This document shows positions 1 through 9,613 of a stretch of 64,000 nucleotides of DNA, in pieces. A model generated the notes under the pieces. The model worked only from the letters and a program-made list of their open reading frames with translations, had not been told where the DNA came from and made no database searches. Both the position numbers and the translations under genes were made by a program. The stretch lies in contig OZ219872.1 in the NCBI GenBank assembly GCA_964291495.2, positions 288,001 to 352,000 of the forward strand, read 5' to 3'. Origin of the DNA: Dehalococcoidia bacterium (GTDB lineage Bacteria; Chloroflexota; Dehalococcoidia; UBA2979). Within the stretch, counting starts at the first letter, position 1; each line of letters opens with the position of its first letter.

Positions 1-972
1 GCGTACGCCGTTGTCCGCGGGACGTTCATGGCGTTCGACCAGCCGGCCCGCATGGGCCTCGTGCCCTCCGTCGTGCCCGAGACACACGTCACGAACGCCG
101 TCGCGTTGATGAGCGCGACGCAGAACACGATGCGCATCTTCGGAGCGGCAAGCGGCGGCATCCTCTACGGCGTGTTCGGCGCGACCGGAGCATTCGCCCT
201 GATTGCCCTCGTCTACGCCATCCCGGTCTTCTCCACCTACATGCTGCGGGTGGCGCCCATCAGGAGCGGCGTGGCGCGCAGCGCGAGCGGCCTCACCGGC
301 GGGCTGATCGAGGGCTTGCGCTTCACCTTCACGCATCCGGCGATTCGCGGCGTGCTGCTGCTCTCGATGATCTACTTCATGTTCGGGATGTCGTTCCTCC
401 AGGTCTTCGCCCCGCTCTTTGCCGAGAAGGTGTTCGACATCGGCAGCACCGGCTTCGGCGGCATGACGGCGCTGATGGGCGTCGCCGCCCTGCTCGCGTC
501 TTTGCTGATCGCCACGCAGCAGCCCACCCGCCTGGGCGTGATCCTGCCGCTGATGACGATGGTGTTCGGCGCCGCGCTGGTCTTGCTCTCGCTGACCAGC
601 TACATCCCGGGGCCGGCCGGCCTCGTCATCCCGTTCGCGATGCTCACCGTTCTCGGGGCGCTGCAGAGCGCCTACATGGCGCTCACGCGCTCGGCCCTGC
701 TGCTGACGGCGCCGCCGCGCATGCACGGGCGCGTCTTCGGCGTGCTCACGCTCGATCGCGCCTTCATGACCGCGGGCGGTGCGGCGGCGGGATTCCTCTC
801 CGACGGGATCGGCGTCCAGCCGGCGCAGATCGCCTTCGGCCTCATCCTGATCGTCGGCGGCCTCGCGATCTTCGCGCTGGCGGCCGACTTTCGGCGCAGC
901 CGGGCCGGCGCGCGCTACGAGCCTCCCGAGAGCGAACCATCCGAGCGCGCGGCCGTCGCCGCGGAGCGCTGA
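1..972 (+). CDS. MFS transporter (5' truncated by window edge)
   Basis: Frame open from base 1; many hydrophobic helices; MFS-type motifs (QPARMGLVPSVV, P..MHGRVFG). Confidence 0.85.
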   Translation, partial: AYAVVRGTFMAFDQPARMGLVPSVVPETHVTNAVALMSATQNTMRIFGAASGGILYGVFGATGAFALIALVYAIPVFSTYMLRVAPIRSGVARSASGLTGGLIEGLRFTFTHPAIRGVLLLSMIYFMFGMSFLQVFAPLFAEKVFDIGSTGFGGMTALMGVAALLASLLIATQQPTRLGVILPLMTMVFGAALVLLSLTSYIPGPAGLVIPFAMLTVLGALQSAYMALTRSALLLTAPPRMHGRVFGVLTLDRAFMTAGGAAAGFLSDGIGVQPAQIAFGLILIVGGLAIFALAADFRRSRAGARYEPPESEPSERAAVAAER

Positions 973-1077
973 TCCGCGCGCCTCGCGCTGCACGCTACTC
1001 GCGCGCGCTGGTACCCTCGCCCGACGAGGTGAGTCCGTGCCTCGCTTGCGGCGCGTCATGACACCCGGGAGGACGCC

Positions 1078-1899
1078 ATGCCTCGCTACCTGATCGTCGC
1101 GGACCAGACCGCCACCAGCCCCGAGCTCGTCGCGAAGGCGAAGGAGCTGTCGGACGAGCACGCGGGCTCGACGTTCGCACTGCTGCTGCCGGCGCTGCTG
1201 CCCTCGCACGTGCGGGGCGGCCCCTTCGACGCCGTCACGCGCGGCCGCGCCGAGCAGGCGCGCAGCATGCTCGAGCGCGCGGGCGTCGCCGTGGAGCGCA
1301 CCACCATCGGCGATGCGGCCCCGCTGCTCGCGATCGAGGACGAGCTCGACGAGCACCCCGGCGCCTACGACGAGCTGCTGCTCTGCACGCTGCCCGCCAG
1401 CATCTCCCGCTGGCTGCGCCTCGACATCATCGAGCAGGTGGAGCAGCGCTTCGAGCTACCGGTCCGCCACATCGAGGCGCAGCTCCCGAGCCGCCTCGAG
1501 TTCCGGCGCGCCACGCTGCGCGACCACGAGCGCATCCAGGCCCTGTGGGACGAGTCACGCCTCGAGACGGTCGACGAGGACGAGTGGGAGACGCTGATCA
1601 CCAGCCCGGGCGCGATCGCGCTCGTGGCCGAGGAGGAAGGCGCGCTCGTCGGCGCGATCGTCGCCACGGTCGACGGCTGGCGGGCCTACGTCTACCACGT
1701 CGCCGTTGTGCCGGCGCGCCGGCGGCGCGGCGTCGCGCAGGCGCTGTTCGCGGAGGCGCACGCCCACCTCGCACGGGCCGGCAACCGGATCATCTATGTG
1801 ATGGTCAACGAGGAGAACGACGCCGGCATGGCGCTGCTGCACTCGCTCGGCTACCGCGCCCAGGGCGATGTCGTGATGGTGCACCAGCTGGAGGCCTGA
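1078..1899 (+). CDS. Fusion of USP-like N-terminal domain and GNAT acetyltransferase
   Basis: N-term YLIVADQTATSPEL...GDAAPL...LLLCTLP...SRWLRLD; C-term GNAT VAVVPARRRRGVAQAL, N..GMALL..LGY; GGAGG SD upstream. Confidence 0.75.
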   Translation: MPRYLIVADQTATSPELVAKAKELSDEHAGSTFALLLPALLPSHVRGGPFDAVTRGRAEQARSMLERAGVAVERTTIGDAAPLLAIEDELDEHPGAYDELLLCTLPASISRWLRLDIIEQVEQRFELPVRHIEAQLPSRLEFRRATLRDHERIQALWDESRLETVDEDEWETLITSPGAIALVAEEEGALVGAIVATVDGWRAYVYHVAVVPARRRRGVAQALFAEAHAHLARAGNRIIYVMVNEENDAGMALLHSLGYRAQGDVVMVHQLEA

Positions 1900-2006
1900 G
1901 CCCGCGCCGCTCCAGTCCGCCCCGTACGCCTCGATTCCCGCACGCGCCCGCACGCGCCCGCGCCCGCGTATCATGCCGGCTGCAACGCACCACGGAGGGG
2001 GAACGT

Positions 2007-3122
2007 ATGACCACCGGACGCATCGTCGTCGTGAAGGAATACAACGAGCCGTTCGTCATCGAGGAGTACGACGTCCCCGAACCAGAGCCGAACGGCATGA
2101 TCCTGCGCATGACGCAGGCGGGTGTCTGCGGCTCCGACCTCCACACCTGGCGTGGCGACCAGATCAACGTCCCGCTCCCGCCCTCCGGCAAGAACATGGG
2201 CCACGAGGGCACCGGCGTCGTCTGGAGCCTCGGCGCGGGTCGCACCACCGATTCGCTGGGACGGCCGCTCGAGGAGGGCGACCGCGTGATGTACGCGGCG
2301 ATCTTCCCCTGCAACAACTGCTACCAGTGCGGCCGCGGCGAGCACAACTGGTGCTCCGACCGCCAGGCCGGCATCGGCGCGCGCATCGCCGGAGACTGGC
2401 CCTACTTCACCGGCACCTACGCCGACTACTTCTGGATCCCCGCCAACCACCCCGTCTACAAGGTCCCTGACGAGCTCCCCGACTCCGTCCTCGGCTGGAT
2501 CAACTGCGCGATGGGCACCGTCACCGAGGGCCTGCTGCGCTCCGGCCTCGGCGAGGGCGACTACCTGGTGATCCAGGGCGCGGGCGGCCTCGGCCTCAAC
2601 GCCACCGCGATGGCGAAGGACATGGGCGCGCACCGCGTGATCGTGCTCGACCGCATCCCCGAGCGCCTCGCGCTCGCCGAGGAGTTCGGCGCGGACCACA
2701 CGATCAACATCGACGAGTACGACAGCCTCGAGGCGCGGCGCGACCGCATCTTCGAGCTCACCGACGGGCGCGGCTCGAACTACGTGATGGAGCTGGTCGG
2801 GCGCGCCGAGTTGCTGGTCGAGGGCCTCGAGTACCTCACCAACGGCGGCACCTTCATCGAGATCGGCGACATCGTGCGAGGGCGCACGGTGGCGATCGAC
2901 CCGTCCACGATCCTGCGAGGCAAGAAGATCATGGGCTCCTCGATGTACCGGCCGCACCTGCTGCCGGTGATGATGGAGATGCTGGTCAAGAACCTCGACA
3001 AGCGGCCGTACACCAAGCTGGTGTCCGACAACTACCCGCTGGACGAGGTGAACGACGCATTCGCGCAGGCCGAGTGGAACGAGCGCCAGACGCAGATCTC
3101 GCGCGCGATGCTCGTGCCGTAG
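2007..3122 (+). CDS. Zinc-binding alcohol dehydrogenase (MDR family)
   Basis: GVCGSDLH, GHEGTG, structural Zn C-x2-C-x2-C-x7-C, GAGGLG; GGAGG SD before ATG 2007. Confidence 0.92.
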   Translation: MTTGRIVVVKEYNEPFVIEEYDVPEPEPNGMILRMTQAGVCGSDLHTWRGDQINVPLPPSGKNMGHEGTGVVWSLGAGRTTDSLGRPLEEGDRVMYAAIFPCNNCYQCGRGEHNWCSDRQAGIGARIAGDWPYFTGTYADYFWIPANHPVYKVPDELPDSVLGWINCAMGTVTEGLLRSGLGEGDYLVIQGAGGLGLNATAMAKDMGAHRVIVLDRIPERLALAEEFGADHTINIDEYDSLEARRDRIFELTDGRGSNYVMELVGRAELLVEGLEYLTNGGTFIEIGDIVRGRTVAIDPSTILRGKKIMGSSMYRPHLLPVMMEMLVKNLDKRPYTKLVSDNYPLDEVNDAFAQAEWNERQTQISRAMLVP

Positions 3123-3180
3123 CGCCGAGGGGTCGCACGGTCCGCCAACCGCCCGGCCTCGATCGCGTACGCTGGCGGCG

Positions 3181-4059
3181 ATGGACGTCTACCTCCTCGA
3201 CGGCACCTACGAGCTGTTCCGCCACTTCTACGCGGTGCCTTCGCACCGCGACCGCGCCGGCAACGAAGCCGGCGCGGTCGTCGGCGTGCTCGAGTCGGTG
3301 CTGCGCCTGTTCGCCGAGGGCGTCACGCACCTCGGCGTGGCGACCGATCACGTGATCGAGTCGTTCCGCAACGACCTCTGGCCCGGCTACAAGACCGGCG
3401 AGGGCATCGACCCGGCCCTGTTCGGCCAGTTCGGGCCGCTCGAGGACGCGCTGCAGGCCCTGGGCGTGCGCGTCTGGCCGATGGTCGACCTCGAGGCCGA
3501 CGACGCGCTCGCCGCCGCCGCCGTGCTGGCCGCAGAGGACGCCTCGGTGAGCCGCGTGGTGATCGCGACGCCCGACAAGGACCTCTCGCAGTGCGTCGGC
3601 GGCAAGATCGTGCAGCTCGACCGCCGCAACCGCGAGCTGCGCGACGCGGCCGCCGTCGAGGAGCGCTTCGGCGTCCCGCCTCCGGCGATCCCGGACTACC
3701 TCGCGCTCGTCGGCGACAGCGCCGACGGCTTCCCCGGCCTCCCCGGCTGGGGTGCGAAGTCGAGCGCGACCGTCCTCGCGCGCTACGGCCACATCGAGGC
3801 GATCCCGGCCGACGCCGAGGCGTGGGACGTCAAGGTGCGCGGCGCGGCAAAGCTCGCGGCCACGCTGGCCGAGCAGCGTGACCTCGCCTTCCTCTTCCGC
3901 GACCTCGCCACGCTGCGCACGGACGCCGAGGTCTTCACCGCCGTCGAGGAGCTGCGCTGGCCCGGTCCTCCGCCGGACTTCGCGGCCGTCGCCGAGCAGC
4001 TCCGCGCCCCCGCACTCCTCACCCGCGCCGAGGCCGCCGCCGAGCGCCTGAGCGCGTAG
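3181..4059 (+). CDS. Stand-alone 5'-3' exonuclease / flap endonuclease (PolA N-terminal-like)
   Basis: LLDG, FRNDLWPGYK, EADD, DKDL, LVGDSADGFPGLPGWGAKS (H3TH). Confidence 0.9.
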   Translation: MDVYLLDGTYELFRHFYAVPSHRDRAGNEAGAVVGVLESVLRLFAEGVTHLGVATDHVIESFRNDLWPGYKTGEGIDPALFGQFGPLEDALQALGVRVWPMVDLEADDALAAAAVLAAEDASVSRVVIATPDKDLSQCVGGKIVQLDRRNRELRDAAAVEERFGVPPPAIPDYLALVGDSADGFPGLPGWGAKSSATVLARYGHIEAIPADAEAWDVKVRGAAKLAATLAEQRDLAFLFRDLATLRTDAEVFTAVEELRWPGPPPDFAAVAEQLRAPALLTRAEAAAERLSA

Positions 4060-4082
4060 AATCCCCGCGGGCCGGAGGCGTC

Positions 4083-4886
4083 ATGCAGGACTTCGAGGGC
4101 AAGGTCGCCGTGATCACCGGCGGGGCGAGCGGCATCGGCTTCGGCATGGCCGAGCGCTTCGCCGCCGCGGGCATGACGGTCGTCCTCGCCGACATCGACG
4201 AGGACGCCCTGCCGGAGGCGGAGTCGCGCCTCGCCGAACGCGGCGCGAGCGCCCTCGGCGTGCCGGTCGACGTCGCCGATCCCGATCAGGTCGACGACCT
4301 CGTGCGGCGCGTGCTCGACGAGTTCGGCGCGGTGCACGTGCTCTGCAACAACGCCGGGGTCAACTCGCCGGACGGGCCGATCTGGGAGGTCTCGCCGGAG
4401 GACTGGGAGCGCGTGATCGCGATCAACCTGCGCGGCGTGATCCACGGCATCCGCAGCTTCCTGCCGCACATGCTGGCCCAGGACTCCGAGGGCTGCATCG
4501 TCAACACCGCCTCGGCGGCCGGCCTCGGGTCGCGGCCGGGCATCTCGCCCTACGTCGCGACGAAGCACGCTGTGATCGCGCTCACCGAGTCGCTGCATCA
4601 CGACCTCGTGGCTGCCGGGTCGAAGCTGCGCACGGCCGTGCTCTGTCCGGGCCGGATCCGCACGCCGATGATGGCAGCGCACCTGGAGCGCGAGGGCAGG
4701 GACGTCGAGGAGGCCGCCGCTGGCTACCTGCTCCCGAGCGAGGTCGGCGATCTGGTGCTCGAGGCGATCCGCGACGAGCGCTTCTACATCCTCACCCACC
4801 CCGAGGGCGAAAAGGATCGCGTCAAGGGAGCCGCAGACGATATCCTGCTCGGGCGCGACCCGACGCACTCGCCGCCGATCCACTAG
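4083..4886 (+). CDS. SDR family oxidoreductase
   Basis: TGGASGIG, NNAG, YVATK. Confidence 0.92.
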   Translation: MQDFEGKVAVITGGASGIGFGMAERFAAAGMTVVLADIDEDALPEAESRLAERGASALGVPVDVADPDQVDDLVRRVLDEFGAVHVLCNNAGVNSPDGPIWEVSPEDWERVIAINLRGVIHGIRSFLPHMLAQDSEGCIVNTASAAGLGSRPGISPYVATKHAVIALTESLHHDLVAAGSKLRTAVLCPGRIRTPMMAAHLEREGRDVEEAAAGYLLPSEVGDLVLEAIRDERFYILTHPEGEKDRVKGAADDILLGRDPTHSPPIH

Positions 4887-4919
4887 CCAGCAGTCGCGTC
4901 AGCCAGGTCAGGAGCCCGC

Positions 4920-5348
4920 ATGAGCAGCGAAGCAGTCCTCCAGCCGCAGCCCGAGGGCATCCCGCTTCCGATCCCCTCCTCGGTATCGGAGCCGCACTGG
5001 GAGGGCTGCAAGCGCGGCGAGCTAATGGTGCAGCGCTGCCGCGAGTGCGAGGGCTACGTCTTCATCCCGCAGCCGGCCTGTACGCACTGCCAGAGCGAGG
5101 ACCTCGAGTGGGTCCAGAGCAGCGGCAAGGGCACGGTCTACAGCTGGACCACCGTCTACCGCCCGCAGCAGCCGAGCTTCGAGACGCCCTACATCTCGGC
5201 AATCATCGAGGTGGAAGAGGGCTGGTACATGATGACGAACCTGGTCGACATGCCCATCGACGACGTCCGCATCGGCCTCCCCGTCGAGGTCGTCTTCCAC
5301 GCCATCAACGACGAGACCACGCTCCCCTACTTCCGCCCGGCGGGGTAG
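4920..5348 (+). CDS. Zn-ribbon/OB-fold protein (DUF35, ChsH2-like)
   Basis: QRCRECE...P..ACTHCQS, SGKGTVYSWT, C-terminal LPYFRP. Confidence 0.88.
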   Translation: MSSEAVLQPQPEGIPLPIPSSVSEPHWEGCKRGELMVQRCRECEGYVFIPQPACTHCQSEDLEWVQSSGKGTVYSWTTVYRPQQPSFETPYISAIIEVEEGWYMMTNLVDMPIDDVRIGLPVEVVFHAINDETTLPYFRPAG

Positions 5349-5373
5349 CGATCGCCGGAGCGGCCCGTTCGGC

Positions 5374-6228
5374 CTACGTATCCGAGAACGCCGAGCCGCG
5401 GCGCTCGACGCCGCCGCCGGTGGCGCGGTCGATCACGCCGCACTCGACGAGGAAGGGCTGGCTGTGGACGACGCGGCCGGAGACGCGCTCGGCGGGCTCG
5501 GAGACCAGCCACAGCGCCGCCTGCGCCATGTGCTCGGCCGGCTCCGTCACCACCGCATCGAGGTGCGCGCCCGGGCCGAGCTCGCTCGCCGTCGCCCCCG
5601 GCGTCGGCACCAGGTTCGAGGGCGAGAGCGCCGTGACGGCGATGCGGTGCGGCCACAGCTCCGCCGCCAGCCCCTGCGTGAAGCGCTCCAGCGCCGCCTT
5701 CGAGGCCCCGTACATCGTCCCCGCGTCGACCCGCTCCTGCTCGGCGTAGGGCCCGCGACCGGGTCCGCCGGAGCTGCTCGACGAGATGTTGCAGATCGCG
5801 CCGCGCCCGCGCTCGATCATCCCCGGCAGCACGAGCTGCGAGAGGTAGAACGGCGCGTGGATGTTGACGTCGAAGCCCAGCTTCCAGCGCCGTAGCGGGA
5901 ACTCGGTAAGCGGGTGGTAGGTGGTCATCGCGGCGTTGTTGACGAGCACGTCGACGCGCCCGAAGGCGTCCACCGTCTGCTCGACGATCGACTCGCAGCC
6001 CTCCTCGCTGCCGACGTTCGCCTGCACCGGGATCGCCTCGCCGCCCGCCTGCTCGATCGCCTCGATCGTGCCGCGCAGCGAGCCCTCGAGACGGTGGTCG
6101 CCCTCCTCGAGCGTGCGCGCGACGCAGGCGACCTGCGCGCCCTCGGCGGCGAACAGCTCGGCGATCGCCTTGCCGATGCCGCGGCTGGTCCCCGTCACGA
6201 TCGCCACCCGGTCGTCGAGCCGGCCCAT
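5374..6228 (-). CDS. SDR family oxidoreductase
   Basis: TGTSRGIG, NNAA, YGASK; GGAGG SD before ATG 6228. Confidence 0.9.
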   Translation of the reverse strand: MGRLDDRVAIVTGTSRGIGKAIAELFAAEGAQVACVARTLEEGDHRLEGSLRGTIEAIEQAGGEAIPVQANVGSEEGCESIVEQTVDAFGRVDVLVNNAAMTTYHPLTEFPLRRWKLGFDVNIHAPFYLSQLVLPGMIERGRGAICNISSSSSGGPGRGPYAEQERVDAGTMYGASKAALERFTQGLAAELWPHRIAVTALSPSNLVPTPGATASELGPGAHLDAVVTEPAEHMAQAALWLVSEPAERVSGRVVHSQPFLVECGVIDRATGGGVERRGSAFSDT

Positions 6229-6383
6229 GGTCGCCTCCGTCCATCGCGCTGACGCCACATGGGCGTCGGGGCTGCTGTCGCGAGCACTGTAGAGGGCTGT
6301 CACCGGGACCGCATCGGCGACTCGTCGCGCGGCGCTGCGTGTCTTGCCGCTCGTTACCCCATCGCGCACACTGGATTCGCCGC

Positions 6384-6459
6384 TCCCCGATAGCTCAATT
6401 GGTAGAGCGAGCGGCTGTTAACCGCTAGGTTCGTGGTTCGAGTCCACGTCGGGGAGCCA
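6384..6459 (+). tRNA. tRNA-Asn (GTT)
   Basis: Cloverleaf TCCCCGA/TCGGGGA, anticodon arm GCGG-CTGTTAA-CCGC, GGTTCGAG T-loop, encoded CCA. Confidence 0.97.
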
Positions 6460-6547
6460 GCTCTTATGTCCACAGTGGGCCTCTGAAGCACAGCCAGGGC
6501 AGGACCAAGAGCCGCTGCCGAGGCGCGCCGACGACCCCGGCTGCCCC

Positions 6548-8899
6548 CTACTGCGACGAGTCGCCCTCGACGATGAAGCGCGGGAGGAGGCGGTCGAGCC
6601 AGCCGGGCAGCCACCAGTTGCGCTCGCCCAGCAGCGCCATCGTCGCCGGCACCAGCAGCATCCGCACCACCGTCGCATCGAGCGCCACCGCGACCGCGAG
6701 GCCGAGGCCGAACATCTTGAGCGTGCGGTACTCCTCGAACACGAAGCTGCCGAAGATGAAGACCATGATCAGGGCGGCCGCGGTGATCAGGTGCGCCGTC
6801 GAAGCAAGGCCGTGGGCGACCGAGTCCTTCGCCTTGCCGCTGCGGAAGTACGCCTCGCGCATGCGGGTGAGCAGGAACACCTCGTAGTCCATCGAGAGCC
6901 CGAACACGATCGCGAACATCATCATCGGGATGAACGGATCGATCGGTCCGCCCGCGATGCCGATCAGCGAGCCCAGCCAGCCCCACTGGAAGACCGCCAC
7001 GACGACGCCGAAGGCGGCGGCGATCGATAGCAGGTTCATGATCACGGCCTTGATCGGCACCAGGATCGAGCGGAAGACGAGCATCAGCAGCACGAACGAG
7101 AGCGCGAGGACGACACCCACGAAGAGCGGAATGCGGCCGGCCAGGTAGGTGGTGAAGTCGATGCTCGACGCCATCATGCCGGTGACCTTGACGTCGAGCG
7201 TGCTCCCAGCGACGGCCGCGGGGACGACGTCCTCGCGCAGACTCCGCACCAGGTCGGACGTCGCCTGGTCCTGTGGCGCGGTCTCCGGGACCACCTGGAT
7301 CAGGTAGGCGGGAGCGTTCGCGGGGTCCGAGGGGTCACTCGGCAGCGGCCCGTTCGCCACGGCCACGCCCTCCGCGCTGCCGAGCGCCTCGACGAGCGTC
7401 GCGAGCGCCGCGCGGTCCTCGGCCACGGTCGGCTGCGCGGTCACGATCAGCGGCCCGTTGAAGCCAGGCCCGAAGCCCTCGGCCAGCAGGTCGTAGGCGC
7501 GCCGCGTCGTCGACTCCTCGGGGAAATTGCTCTCGTCGGGGAAGTTGAGACGCAGCGAGGGGATGGGGGCGGCCACCGCCAGCAGCACGACGGCGCCCAC
7601 GATCAGCGCCACCCAGGGGTGTGCCTGCACCCAACGGCTCCAGCGCCAGGCAAGGGTGCGCTGCAGCGGCCGCGGCGCCCGCCTCGGCACGATCCAGCGA
7701 AGCGGCGGCAGGACGTACCCCGCGAGCAGCACGAGCAGCGCCAGCGGCAGGCCGAGCAGCAGCGGCCGGAAGCCCAGGCCCAGGCCCAGCAGCGCCACCG
7801 CGGCGAGCGCCGCGGCGATGAGCCCGCGCCAGCGCGTGACCTCGATGCGCTCGCGCACGAACCCGATCAGGGCCGGCAACAGCGTGACCGAGGCGGCCAT
7901 CGTGGCGGCGACGGTCAGCGCCGCGCTCACGGCCAGTCCGGTGACGAACGGCAATCCGATCAGGATCATGCCCAGCAGTGAGATCACGACCGTCACTCCG
8001 GCGAAGATGACTGCCCGACCGGCCGTGTCGATCGCGCGGTACATCGGTCGTGCGGTTCCGTTGCTGCCGTTGGCGTGGATGCCGTCGCGGTAGCGGTTGA
8101 CGATGAAGAGCGCGTAGTCGATGCCGACGCCGAGTCCGATCATCGCCCCGATCGACACCGCGAACTCCGGGATCGCGAGCAGGTTCGAGAGCAGTGCGGT
8201 GAGCGCCGAGCCGAGCCCGACGCCCGCGCCGGCGACCGCAATCGGCAGACCCATCGCCAGCACCGAACCGAAGGCAACGATCAGCACCACGATGGCGAAG
8301 GCGAGCCCGATGAACTCCGACTCAGGCGTCTGGAACGGCGCCAGCGCGTCCCCGGCGATCTCCACCTGCAGGCCCGGCCGGTCCGGCGCCATCGCGGCGA
8401 TCTCGGCTCCGATCTCCGGCGCCTGACCGTAGTCGATGCTCGGCGAGAGGTTGAGGCTGGCGTAGGCGATGCGCCCGTCCGGGCTGACCTGGTGACCTTG
8501 CTGGGTGTGCAGGGTGAACGGAGCGTCGCCCGGCGGCGGGGCGCCGCCCTCGGGGGTGTGGTGGAGTTGCTCGGGAGCGTAGGGGCTCGTGACGATCACG
8601 CCCTCGAGCGCCGCGACCTCCGCCAGCATCCCCTCGATCGCGGCGCGCACCTCCGGGTCGTGGATGCCTGCTTCGGCGCGGAAGACGATCGCGCCTCCGG
8701 CACGGCCGGCGCGATCGCCGAAGTACTGCGTGAGCACCTCGCGCCCGCTCCGGCTCTCCGAGTCCGGCGTCTCGAACCGGGAGTCGTACGCCGAGCCGAC
8801 GACGAGGAAGGCGATGACCACCGCGAGGATGATCGCGACCCAGCCGGCGACCGTCTTGCGCGGGTTGCTGAAGCACCACACGCCGACACGGGCAAGCAT
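6548..8899 (-). CDS. MMPL family (RND) transporter
   Basis: GLGVGIDYALFIVNRY, FGLSMDYEVFLL, ALDATVVRMLLVPATM..LGERNWWLP; start could be 8959/8953. Confidence 0.92.
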   Translation of the reverse strand: MLARVGVWCFSNPRKTVAGWVAIILAVVIAFLVVGSAYDSRFETPDSESRSGREVLTQYFGDRAGRAGGAIVFRAEAGIHDPEVRAAIEGMLAEVAALEGVIVTSPYAPEQLHHTPEGGAPPPGDAPFTLHTQQGHQVSPDGRIAYASLNLSPSIDYGQAPEIGAEIAAMAPDRPGLQVEIAGDALAPFQTPESEFIGLAFAIVVLIVAFGSVLAMGLPIAVAGAGVGLGSALTALLSNLLAIPEFAVSIGAMIGLGVGIDYALFIVNRYRDGIHANGSNGTARPMYRAIDTAGRAVIFAGVTVVISLLGMILIGLPFVTGLAVSAALTVAATMAASVTLLPALIGFVRERIEVTRWRGLIAAALAAVALLGLGLGFRPLLLGLPLALLVLLAGYVLPPLRWIVPRRAPRPLQRTLAWRWSRWVQAHPWVALIVGAVVLLAVAAPIPSLRLNFPDESNFPEESTTRRAYDLLAEGFGPGFNGPLIVTAQPTVAEDRAALATLVEALGSAEGVAVANGPLPSDPSDPANAPAYLIQVVPETAPQDQATSDLVRSLREDVVPAAVAGSTLDVKVTGMMASSIDFTTYLAGRIPLFVGVVLALSFVLLMLVFRSILVPIKAVIMNLLSIAAAFGVVVAVFQWGWLGSLIGIAGGPIDPFIPMMMFAIVFGLSMDYEVFLLTRMREAYFRSGKAKDSVAHGLASTAHLITAAALIMVFIFGSFVFEEYRTLKMFGLGLAVAVALDATVVRMLLVPATMALLGERNWWLPGWLDRLLPRFIVEGDSSQ

Positions 8900-9057
8900 C
8901 GGATCCCCCAGTGAGCGGGCGCGTGCGCGGTGGGGTGCGGACACGCTTCCCATGGCCATTCGGCGGGCGGACCGCCCGCCTCGAGGGCTCGTGTATCCCG
9001 CGAATCCAGACTACCAGCGCGGCCCCGGAATTCACACCGGCGGCGCGGGCCGCCGGG

Positions 9058-9606
9058 CTACGCGGCCGCGGCGATCCGCCGCACCTGCTCGCGCCAGTCG
9101 TCGGCGGCGAGGTCCACGATCTCCGCCCGCGGCGGCTTGCCCTCCTCGATGGTCAGGTACGCCACGTGGCCCAGGCGCGGGCTCATGTTGCGCGGAAGGG
9201 TCGCGCTGCCGGGGTTCACCACGAGGATCTCTTCGAGCCAGTCGATCCGCTCGAAGTGCGTGTCACCGCAGACGATGATGTCCGGCCGCGCGCCGCCCAG
9301 GTACTGGTTGAGCAGCCGCTGCAGCTCCCAGTTGAGCGGCTCGAAGATGTGCAGAAGCGCGATCGAGAATCCCTCGAGCTCCAGGAAGTGCACCTTCTCG
9401 ATCCGCGGGTCGTCCTTCAGGTGCGGGTCGTGGTTGCCCTCAGCGGCGTAGATCGGCGCGATCTGCTCCAGCTCGTCGAGCACGCGCGCCACCACCAGGT
9501 CGCCGGCGTGGAAGATCAGGTCGACGCCCTCGAGCGCCTCGATGATCTCCGGGAAGATCCGGGGCGCCTCGGGGACGTGCGTGTCGCTGAGGATGCCGAT
9601 CCGCAC
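9058..9606 (-). CDS. YfcE/MJ0936-family metallophosphoesterase
   Basis: ILSDTH, HAGD, GNHD, GDTH, NPGS. Confidence 0.9.
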   Translation of the reverse strand: MRIGILSDTHVPEAPRIFPEIIEALEGVDLIFHAGDLVVARVLDELEQIAPIYAAEGNHDPHLKDDPRIEKVHFLELEGFSIALLHIFEPLNWELQRLLNQYLGGARPDIIVCGDTHFERIDWLEEILVVNPGSATLPRNMSPRLGHVAYLTIEEGKPPRAEIVDLAADDWREQVRRIAAAA

Positions 9607-9613
9607 GCGGGCC

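Noticed and set aside
1937-1968. Short tandem CCCGCACGCG repeat upstream of the ADH gene
   Set aside because: Only 2-3 degenerate copies of low-complexity GC sequence
6460-9000. MMPL gene as an island integrated at tRNA-Asn
   Set aside because: No duplicated tRNA 3' end or mobility gene found
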